From: Octopus bimaculoides
Taxonomy: Eukaryota
DNA length: 64,000 nt
Reading direction: 5' to 3'
Assembly: GCF_001194135.2 (NCBI RefSeq)
Contig: NC_068991.1
Location: forward strand, 49,773,916 to 49,837,915
Below the pieces are notes generated by a model. That model searched no databases. It saw only the letters and a list, made by a program, of their open reading frames with translations, and had not been told where the DNA came from. The translations under genes were made by a program, and so were the position numbers. Shown here piece by piece: positions 1 to 9,818 of the stretch (position 1 is its first letter; every line of letters starts with the position of its first letter).

Positions 1-160
1 CAATGTTTATATACCAAAAAGATTTTATAACATTTTTCTAACATTTTTCTGACATAATTTAAATATATACTTTAACCATGTAACACAAGCCTTCTGTAGT
101 TTTTTCACTCTTATCTTTTATACATCCAACCACGTGCTTTCGCATACCAACTCTCTCACA

Positions 161-193
<33 letters not shown>

Positions 194-194
194 T

Positions 195-372
195 TCGCCA
201 TGATAGATCGCTAGCCACTAGACCTTTTTCTATCTTCTCCTCCTGTTTATTTCTGTGTTCCTTTCTGTCGAATGTAAAAGACTTTCTCACTTCCCGAGCG
301 TTAAACTAATACATCTGTTTGTTGTTTACACACCCGTCTTCATCTTTTGTTTTTTGTTTGTAAATTCTCACT
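195..372. repeat. Short interspersed element flanked by (TA)n, probably a Penelope-LTR-like relic
   Basis: Discrete non-AT block between TA tracts. The family assignment relies on recalled octopus repeats and is unverified. Confidence 0.35.
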
Positions 373-440
373 ATATATATATAAAAGAGAGAGACTGATA
401 GACATATAATTGTGTATATAAATTCTTTGCTAATCCATAG

Positions 441-680
<240 letters not shown>

Positions 681-784
681 TAATTTAGATGAAGTCATAA
701 TTAATAAGCTGGAAGGAGAGAGTATTAAATAAGGGGACATAACTGAATCTGACTTGTGGAGAATTTCATCACAAATAATTTATA

Positions 785-1118
785 TCTTTTCTTTTACTTA
801 TTTCAGTCATTAGACTGCGGTCATACTGGAGCACTACCTTGAAGAATTTCACTCGAATGAATTGACTCCAGTACTTATATTTTTTAAGCTTGGTACTTAT
901 TCTATTGGTTTCTTTTGCCAAACTGCTAAATTTATAGGGACATAAACACATCAACACTGGTTGTCAAGCAATGGTGAGACACACAGACACGCACACACAT
1001 ATATGTGACAAGCTTCTTTCAGTTTCTGTCTACCAGATTCAGTCAGTTCAAGGTTATAGTAGAAGACACTTGCCCAAGGTGTCACATAGTGGGACTGAAC
1101 CCAGAACCATGTAGTTCA
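785..1118 (-). mobile_element. tRNA-derived SINE family A, 5'-truncated
   Basis: Homologous to 2538-2921 (tttcagtcatt.gactgcgg.cat.ctggagcac...gacacttgcccaaggtg...gggactgaa). Confidence 0.85.
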
Positions 1119-1281
1119 GGGGAGATCAGATGTAATCTCCTTAACATAGTGCAATAATGTGTTGCCCTGATTATTTGTTGTGGTTAACAATCCAATTGCA
1201 CTTGGAACATCCAATACAGAGGTTCCAAACAACCACAATGTTAAAACGTACATAAAGAACAAAAGGTAAAAACTTGTATTT

Positions 1282-1313
<32 letters not shown>

Positions 1314-2537
1314 TTGGTATGGGTCGGACAGCTTGATATGTCGGACAGCTTGATAGGAGCTGGTAAGACCAGGAGTCATGTCAGGCTTCATTTCCTAGCA
1401 CCAACCACTTTACAAGGTCTACAGGTGCATTTTACACAGCCCCCATTGCTGACAAGGTTACAAAGTATCTTGCAAGACAAAAATAGGCAAAAAGTCCTCA
1501 ACTGGAAGACAGATGTAGTATTGAGGGTGGCGTGTGCCAGTTGAGAGATTAAAGGTATAGAGGGACAGAGGTAGGTATCTTGCTGTAGATACATGGATAC
1601 CCCAGTTGGAAAGGAAAGGAGAGTGATAGTGAAGATGAGTTGGGACGTGCCATCAAGAGACTTTGGTTGGGGTGAGAATAGGTGAAATGATACGGAGGAT
1701 TGGGCTGGGTGAGTGGGCTGAATAGAGGTGACTGTAACAAATGGTGGAGAGAAACCCATGAGAAACTTGGGGCAGGGATTGCAGTATGTGAGGGCATTGA
1801 GGGTGATAACTGATAAGCAAAGTATTTATGATGGAGAACAGCACAGAGGAGAAGGTCCAGAAAGTAGGTGATTGGTGAAGACAGCATGTGGGGGAAGATA
1901 ATGGGAAATGGAAGTGGTTTGGGGTGGGGAAGAGATGTAGCTGAAGAAGCTGGGGGATGTAGTATGTGCCTATTCTGCTCTCAGGTGATAAAGAAGCGAG
2001 GGTAAAATGTGGGCTGGAAGGAAGAATGATGGGGCAGAGTCTCTCATGGACAAGCATTACCAAGGTGGTTTTAGGATATCATCCACTTTGGTCTGGCAGA
2101 AGCTTTGCTCCAACCACAGATTTGCTCTGTCCCCACTCAGTATTTTATTTGTAAGAACTTTCAGTTGTCCTCTTATGTCATATGTGTCTGTCTCTTTCTC
2201 CTTCTCATCAAATACTTCATTAAGACCACCACTAAATCTCTGGCCATTTGAAGGATCCTTGAGTTTCCATAACCTCCTTTTCCATATTAGTTTGTGTCTC
2301 TGGGTCCTTCTAGCCCTAAGTCAGAAGTCACTAACTACTAACCTATGTTGAGTTGTACTGGGAATGATTTTACATTCCTGAGCATCTGGCAAGTTTCCTG
2401 AAGTTGGTATTGCAAACCAGCAAGCCATTTGCATCACAAAACTTCAGCAGCCTTGTTCCATCCTCATTTCTAGAATCAAAGCCATAACTTCCATGCATGC
2501 CATGAAATCCTTCAGAGTTTTCTAACATGACAATATA

Positions 2538-2921
2538 CTTTTATCCTTTTGCTTGTTTCAGTCATTTGACTGCGGCCATGCTGGAGCACCACCTTTTAGT
2601 CCAAGAAATTGACCCCAGGACTTATCCTTTGTAAATCTGGTACTTATTCTGTCAATCCCTTTTGCTGAACTGCTAAGTTATGGGGATGTAAACACACCAA
2701 CACTGGTTGTCAAGTGAGGTAGGGTGAACAAACACAGACACGAACACACATACACATGACGGGCTTCTTTTCAGTTTCCATCTACTAAATCCACTCACAA
2801 GGTTTTGATCGACCTGAGGCTATAGTAGAAGACACTTGCCCAAGGTGCTACACAGCGGGACTGAATCCAGAATCATATGGTTGGTAAGCAAGCTTCTTAC
2901 CACACAGCCACACCTGCGCCT
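2538..2921 (-). mobile_element. tRNA-derived SINE family A, full length
   Basis: The minus-strand head aggcgcaggtgtggctgtgtggtaag...ggattcagtcccg has A/B boxes. Internal (CA)n; T-rich tail on +. Confidence 0.88.
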
Positions 2922-3361
2922 ATATATAATCATTGTTCCTGAATTATGGCTATGATTGTACATAGGTATTTGTGTTTGTTTGTGCATCAGTAGAGACACA
3001 CACTTATATATACACAATTACAACATTCCAGAGCCTTAGTTTCCAAAGTCATTCCAGATTAGTGATTTTTTTCCAAACCAGCAGTGGTCACACTAAAATA
3101 AACAGATGCTTTTCAACCTTCATAGTCTTGTCTATGACATATGCTCACAGCTTCGTGCTTAGATAGAATTTGTCCCCTTCAATATATGAGAAACAGTGAA
3201 CATTATATTCACTGGTGTTGCAAATAGCCAACCAGGCTGAATAAAAACTCAGTGTACACAATTTTTTAGCTTCATTAGTTTTGACATTCATAGTAAATGT
3301 TGGGTTGAACCACAAACCATTTTAATATGAACTATTAAACTGTTGCAAACATTCCTTGGAA

Positions 3362-3627
3362 GTAAAGAATAAAAAGTTTAGAATGGAACAACAATGCACT
3401 ATAGAACAAAAAATGGACTATATACCTGTTGTAACTTGGTTATCTATAGACCGATGACATTTCGGAATTAGAATTCCTTCTTCAGATCTTCTTAGCTGAA
3501 GATCTGAAGAAGGAATTGTAATTCCGAAATATCATCGGACTATTGATAACCAAGTTACAACAGGTATATAGTCCATTTTTTGTTCTATAGTGCATTGTTG
3601 TTCCATTCTAAACTTTTTATTCTTTAC
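3362..3627. repeat. 266-bp near-perfect palindrome (130-bp arms, 6-nt loop, 4 mismatches) with a hammerhead-ribozyme core in each arm
   Basis: The reverse complement of 3498-3627 equals 3362-3491 at 126/130 positions (compared by hand). CTGAAGA...GAAA core at 3504-3529. Confidence 0.9.
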
Positions 3628-3918
3628 AAACAATACACATTGCTTCAAGCGAACTACAATACTCTCCTATTCTTTGGAAGTTTAATGATTTCAAGATCTT
3701 TGCCATTGAATGTTTAATATATACAACTATTTCATGCAATGAGAGTTTTTGCTTTTGCTTTTCTTATATGGCCTTTAATGACCTGGTTATAGCTTATGCT
3801 TATATAGATACTATGTTGTTTGATTGGTATTTTCCTTCCAAATCCTCAGTCCCCCCATAAAGCAAACTGAACAGACAACTAGCTTCCACATAACTTAAAA
3901 TCAAACCCCAATATATAT

Positions 3919-4151
3919 AATTCTTTATTGCCCACAAGGGGCTAAACATAGAGGGGACAAACAAGGACAGACAGAGGGATTAAGTCGATTACATCGACCC
4001 GCAGTGCGTAACTGGTACTTATTTAATCGACCCCTGAAAGGATGAAAGGCAAAGTCGACCTCGGCGGAATTTGAACTCAGAACGTAGCGGCAGATGAAAT
4101 ACCGCTAAGCATTTTGCCCAGTGCGCTAACGATTCTGCCAGCTCGCCGCCT
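3919..4151 (-). mobile_element. tRNA-derived SINE family B with a 16-bp target-site duplication
   Basis: Head aggcggcgagctggcagaatcg...gagttcaaattcc. TSD atcaaaccccaatata at 3900-3915 and 4152-4167. Confidence 0.92.
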
Positions 4152-4309
4152 ATCAAACCCCAATATAGTCAACCCTACTACTTTTCCAGAATTTTAATTG
4201 AATTACCAGGCCAAGTTTTAGGCATCAATTTCAATCTTATTTACCGCATAACATACAATTATTTTGATGTGACAGTACATCTATTCCACATGTTTTTATA
4301 TAAATATTT

Positions 4310-4630
4310 TGCTCTGTCGGTTCCATGACTAGGGTTCCAGTTGATTCGATCGATGTAACAGCCTGCTCATGAAATTAATGTGCATGTGGTGAGAACTCTA
4401 CAGACACATGTGCCCTTATAACATAGTTCTCAGGGAGACTCAGCATGTCACAGAGTGTGACAAGGCTGACCCTTTGAAATACAGGTACAACTCATTTTTG
4501 CCATCTGAGTGAACTGGAGCAACATGAAATAAAGTGTCTTGCTCAAGGAAACAACACATTGCTGGGAATTGAACTCATGACCTTGCGATTGTCAGCCAAA
4601 TACCCTAACCACTAACCCATGCACCTTCAC
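4310..4630 (-). mobile_element. tRNA-derived SINE family C
   Basis: tRNA head, core (cttgagcaagacactttatttcatgttgctccagttcactcag...aaaaatgag) and tail shared with 24418-24745. Confidence 0.85.
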
Positions 4631-4749
4631 TTATAATTTACACCATATTACACACAACTTGTTGACCTCAGTAACTGCATGCTGTTACTTGCAGGAATGA
4701 TGTGTGATTATACATTTGTGTGATCTTGCAATTTTACATTTTGAGTCTC

Positions 4750-5400
4750 TTATCATCATAACGTCTGTTTTCGATGCTGGTATGGGTAGGACAGTTTGAC
4801 AGGAATTGTTAAGGTCAGGGGGTGCACCAGACTCCATTGTCAGTTCTGATATGGTTTCTGCAGCTAGATGCCCTTCCTAATGCCAACCACTCCACAGAAT
4901 GTACTGGATGCTTTTTATGTGGCACCAGCATCAGCATCAATTCTGCTGTGGAAGACGGGTCTTGAGTACAGCAAGGCACCAGATATCTCAGTCCTTAATC
5001 ATCTCCTTTTTAAGGCTCAGTGTCTTGAGATCAGCCTTCAGTACATTGTCCCATGTCTTCCTGACTCTCTCTCTCTCTTCCACAAGTTCCATCCATCCAT
5101 CCATACATCTGTATGCAACTGTCTACATCCATACACATCACATGGCCAAACCAGTGCAGTCTTCTCTCTTGCACACTGCATCTAATTCCTCTCATTCCCA
5201 ACTTTTCTCTCAAAACACGGGTGCTCTGCTGCTGCACATGTACACTGGCACTGTGCATCCAGCACATAGCTTTAATGTATACATATGCTGTTTAGCGCTT
5301 GATGTATACTTATGTTGCAAGCTGCCTGTTGTAACGCGAGATCTTGGGAGCTATCCAGGCAGCTATCATTTGTTTTAAAGGGCTTGTAATATTTATGGTG
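4750..5400 (-). mobile_element. 3' fragment of an RTE-clade LINE, antisense within an MSK intron
   Basis: Encodes LREKLGMRGIRCSVQERRLHWFGHVMCMD (RTE RRLRWFGHV motif), followed by the 3' UTR block gatgcccttcctaatgccaacc shared with many short copies. Confidence 0.85.
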
Positions 5401-5617
5401 GCACCGAAAGATTATTAACTAAGAATTACCTATCCTGTTAAATTGTAAGATTATCCTCTAGTACCAACAGCTACTGATATGGCATATTACAACTTATTAA
5501 CTGATTGTCTTTGCTGTCTTCGTCTATTTCTATCTTTATGCTGCTTAAATGATTGTACATAGCAAGAAACTCACAGTTGACTGAATCATCACATATATTC
5601 ATTATTATTTGTTTTAG

Positions 5618-5875
<258 letters not shown>

Positions 5876-6087
5876 TAAGCTTTTGAAACTTCTAGCGCAG
5901 CAACCTGTTATAGCTATGCTTATATCAATTGATAAGACTATTAACTGAAACAATTTACTTTGTTCCAGTCATGTTTCTGAGTTAACCTGTCATGACATTA
6001 ACAAGTTTGTAAACTTCATAATGGCTGTATACAGGTTTTTAAAATTTCATATATAAAGCAAATAACATAGTTGTATCTAATTTACAG

Positions 6088-6238
6088 TACACCATGTTAT
6101 CAGGGAAAGCTCCATTCCAAACAAGAAATAAGACAGAAACCCCTGAAGGGATCATTAAAAGAATCAAAGAAGGAGAATTTGACTTTTCTGGACAAGAATG
6201 GCATGCTGTTTCTGCCAATGCCAAAAAACTAATCCGAG
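6088..6238 (+). CDS. RPS6KA5: MSK kinase exon (YTMLSGKAPFQ...FDFSGQEWHAVSANAKKLIR)
   Basis: Acceptor tttacag|TAC and donor CGAG|gtaagg. 151 nt, phase 0-1. Not in the ORF track on +; translated by hand. Continues kinase subdomains IX-XI. Confidence 0.95.
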
Positions 6239-6494
6239 GTAAGGAGTTTGATGTGATATAATTTTGAGTCATTCATTGTATTTCTTCACTTCATGCCTTT
6301 ATAACAACAGAATACAAATGTATGTTAGTCACTGTTTCTCCTCTTTAGGGATTTCAGGTTTTTTTGTGACTCATTTTCTCATTTCTAAGGCTTTAAATTA
6401 ATATTTTAGAAATAAGAGCACTGTAGTTCACTTGAAGCATTGTAGTACTGAAGAAGGAAAATAAGCAAGCATCTAACAATGCAGAAAGTTTTAC

Positions 6495-6838
6495 AAAAAC
6501 CTTTATATTTAAGGTGCAATGGGTCATTCTCAGAAGAAAGCAATCTGGGAAATGTACAGTTACACCGATTCCGTTACCTTACTAAAACTCCTTGGCGTTA
6601 GGTTAGCAACAGTGGCAGCCACTCTCCAACTGTTTGTTGATGTGATGGGTTAGCAGTGACTCCAACTGGTGTAAGTAAATCTCCATCAACCAACAGTCGG
6701 AGAGTTGCTGACCCATCTGCTAACTGCTCCTAACCTAATACTGAGAAGTTTGAGTAAGGCAATGGAATCTGTATTGCACATTTCCCAGACTGCTTTCTTC
6801 TGAGGATGGACCTTTGTGTCTGAAATATAACGGTTTTT
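6495..6838. repeat. About 340-bp imperfect foldback (MITE-like) element in an MSK intron
   Basis: The left arm (aaaaacctttatatttaagg...ctcagaagaaagcaatctgggaaatgt...) matches the reverse complement of the right arm (...acatttcccagactgctttcttctgagg...aaatataacggttttt). An inner stem ctctccaactgtttgttgatg / catcaaccaacagtcggagag is also present. Confidence 0.85.
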
Positions 6839-7319
6839 AAATTCAAATTATGATAAACGTAAACAAACAAATGAAGTTTGCTTTTAGAGGCGTTGAGATG
6901 TGATTTTTTAAATTCTCAAACGCAGGATAATGCTAATTATATAGCCTGAACAGGATAAACTACCCCTATTTTGCAGAAAAAAGTGTGGGCGGCCAGCCAT
7001 GAGACACGAACTCACACCTCCATGATTACACGTCGCGGTGCTCTCAACTATTTAAGCTAAACTGCCCAGCCATAAGTTTCTCTGCAAATTTAAAATGTAT
7101 AGAAATCTCGCTTTATGAGACGTTATTATATGTTAAATTCAAATTACGATAAACGTAAACAAACAAACGAAGTTTGCTTTTAGAAGTGTTTAGATGTCTT
7201 AGAAAGTTAAAGAAGTGATTTTTTAAATTCTCAAACGCAGGATAATGCTAATAATATAGCCTGAACAGGATAAACTACTATTTTGCAGAAAAAAAAGTGT
7301 GGGCAGCCAGCCATGAGAC
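6837..7319. repeat. Tandem duplication of a ~297-bp unit (1.6 copies) containing a tRNA-like module
   Basis: ttaaattcaaatta(t/c)gataaacgtaaacaaacaaa...cagccatgagac occurs from about 6837 and again from about 7133. Confidence 0.85.
6989..7067 (-). pseudogene. tRNA-Thr(TGT)-like pseudogene or SINE head
   Basis: Minus strand GGCAGTTTAGCTTAAATAGTTGAGAGCACCGCGACGTGTAATCATGGAGGTGTGAGTTCGTGTCTCATGGCTGGCC. A/B-box-like motifs, paired T-stem GTGAG/CTCAT, loop CGTGTAA. Stems are degenerate and U33 is replaced by G. Confidence 0.5.
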
Positions 7320-7426
7320 GGTTTTTGTCAAGCTTTCTTATTTCCCTTTTCTTTTCCTTCTAATGATTTAGAATCTCTACTGTTGGCTATTTTACTAACA
7401 TTGAAACCTCTTTATAATTATCACAG

Positions 7427-8307
7427 GCCTTCTGACTGTAGACCCCCGAGAAAGATCAACAATGCATAATCTCCTACAGAACAAATGGATTCAAGGAAAC
7501 AATGATCGAGTTTTCTCACAAACCCCACTGCATACACCAGGAATTCTTAGTTCCACGAGCAATGCTTTGCAGCAGCAATTAGTGCAAACCATGGATGCAT
7601 TCCATCGTGCTGCTCGAGAAGGTTTCCGATTGCAAGACGTTGCCAATGCACCTCTTGCTCAACGGCGACAAATGAAGCGTAACTCAATGGATGCTCGAAG
7701 TAGTTCAAATGACAGCACGGCATCTTCTCCATCTTCATCTTCAGTATCGGCAGGATCAACAACAATGGCAGCTGTAGCCATATCCCCTACCATTAATCAA
7801 CATCCTATAGACATTAACTTTCCTCATACCGACTCATCTTCTCGAAATACATCAAATACTTCCACGATATCTAATATATCACAAAGCAGTACTGGTTTCA
7901 TACCAACTAAATCTATTAGACTACAACAGCAGCAGCCAGCTATTGTTGAAGATGAACAAACCTCTCCTCAGTTTTTAATGCAACAAAAGTTACTAGATCA
8001 ACATTCCTCACCATATCAATGTTCAGACCAGTTTGGTTTCCCCTGTTTCAGTAGTGGCTCCTTAAATACACCTGGAAGTAATGATGCTACTGCTGGTCGG
8101 AGCATGTTGCACACAAGTGAAACTCCAAAATGTATCAATACTACATGCACAGTTTTTACCTATACAGATGCTAATGAAATACCGCAGAAACGCCATTTGT
8201 CTGAGAGAGAAAGCTCAGATAGTGATTGTATTGTTGGAAGTAGTTCAATTCCTGTCGACTCACCACCAAAAAAACGGCCTAGAACAGAAACTATCGTCAT
8301 CGAGTAA
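7427..8307 (+). CDS. RPS6KA5: MSK terminal coding exon: end of the kinase domain, TPLxTP motif, MAPK-docking motif (APLAQRRQMKR) and long Ser/Thr-rich tail
   Basis: Acceptor atcacag|GC completes the phase-1 Gly codon, giving GLLTVDPEKR in frame with ORF 7462-8307. Stop TAA at 8305-8307. The motifs match the vertebrate MSK C-terminus (TPLMTP, LAKRR). Confidence 0.95.
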
Positions 8308-8547
8308 TATATTTAAATTTATTATAGAAAACTGTGGTAATTCATAAATCTTCGTTTTCTTATTAGGGGAGGATTGGCTCAAAAGAGAAAGGAAAAAAAA
8401 AAACGAGTGAGTGTGTATGTGTATATATGTAAGTTTTTCTATTGTATCATTGAAATTCTATTGTATATTTCATAAAAAAAAATTATGTAAGAACAAAAAA
8501 TTTTAAACAGATATTTATTCTATTTTGAATAGTTTAATAACATTTTT

Positions 8548-8553
8548 AATAAA
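8548..8553 (+). promoter_or_regulatory. Candidate polyadenylation signal for the MSK gene
   Basis: First clear AATAAA about 240 nt after the stop. AATAAA is frequent by chance in such AT-rich DNA. Confidence 0.3.
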
Positions 8554-9611
8554 AATATACCAAATATCAAGGTATTTTGTTTGACCATATATTTTAGCTT
8601 TCTTAAATTCTAACCAAATGTTCAGATTATTTATACTATTGTAGCTATTAACATTGGTATTTAAGATGTGGTAGAATATTACATTTGGACTCCATGATGA
8701 GACTCTCTTAACTGAATGCAAAATGTTCTCTTTGAACTTTAATTACATTTTAAATTTTATTTTCGTAAACTTAATTTCACATCACAGTCTGGGTTGAAAT
8801 GTTAGGTGTATTTAGACATCAGTATTGTTTAAACAGCTATTTTGAGAGTTACAGCACACAATTCCTATGATTTATTTAGGAATTGATCAACACAACTGGC
8901 CAACAGGTAATTCAGACTCTGTTCTAAGGACCCCCATCTCATAGCAGTTCTGTAAAACAGGGTTTTGTGAGTTAGCTATGTTCTAAGTTAAAGCTTTCTT
9001 ATGAGCCTGGCTATAGGAACTTTGAAGTATGCTCCAACAAACCAATAAATTCATTCAGCTGATTGTCTTTATATTGAATTATATCCATGCACGAAATTTC
9101 ATATTTTCAGTTCTTCAGCCATTTAAGTCAATGGAGACTTGATCAAAATATGGAAAACATGATATGTCAGATTATAATCAGCATGGGACATAGAGCACAA
9201 GTGAACTGAGAATGTTGATGAGCATTAAAAACATCAGCTAAAGTGTGTAACTGCACTGGTATGAACATGTGATGCAAATAGACAATAAGTGCTATTGTGC
9301 TTCAGAAAAAGAGTAGATGAAAGAGGATTACTGATATATTGTATGGCATGCTCCATGGTTGACATCTTTTCTCTCTTCCTACTACATAGCAATGACATAC
9401 TTGCTATTATGCCCAACAATGATACTACAATTCATTCATCCCTAATCATGCATAACCCATGCACAGACAAGGTACGTCATGCCGCACCAATTCTATGAAT
9501 AAAGATCTTGAAAGCATCTTCCAGTGGAGATGTACTAATCTTGTCTCTTTCAAGAGCAACAAAAGTGTGTTTTTAAATCAAGAAAATATTTTCACACCAC
9601 GACTCCCTTAA

Positions 9612-9818
9612 CCCTTTAGCATTTAATCTGGCCTTATTCTACTTGCTTTACGTCAAAACTGACCAGACTCAACCTATCAAACCTACCCTGCAATGTCATT
9701 CTCAAAATGTACAAACACACAATTGAAATCTTGAAGCTACAAAATAATGTTTGATTAATTCAAAACAATGTGGAGAAATAAGCATTACATCCAACAAAGA
9801 AATCTGAACGCTAAAGGG
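9612..9818. mobile_element. piggyBac-type MITE, copy 1
   Basis: TTAA|CCCTTTAGCATT ... AACGCTAAAGGG|TTAA. Confidence 0.85.

Noticed and set aside
1450-2500. Purine-rich block with several ORFs; similar pyrimidine-rich blocks at ~9960-10200, 20460-21200 and 40560-40900
   Set aside because: Probably decayed retroelement (possibly Penelope-like) sequence, but no diagnostic motif could be read, so no family or gene was called.
6039-6272. 77-aa minus-strand ORF
   Set aside because: Antisense shadow of the real MSK exon 6088-6238.
6520-6565. Hammerhead-like text (cagaagaaagc...gggaaatgtac) in the 6495-6838 foldback
   Set aside because: Both arms read CAGAAGA rather than CUGANGA, and neither stem I nor stem II pairs convincingly.
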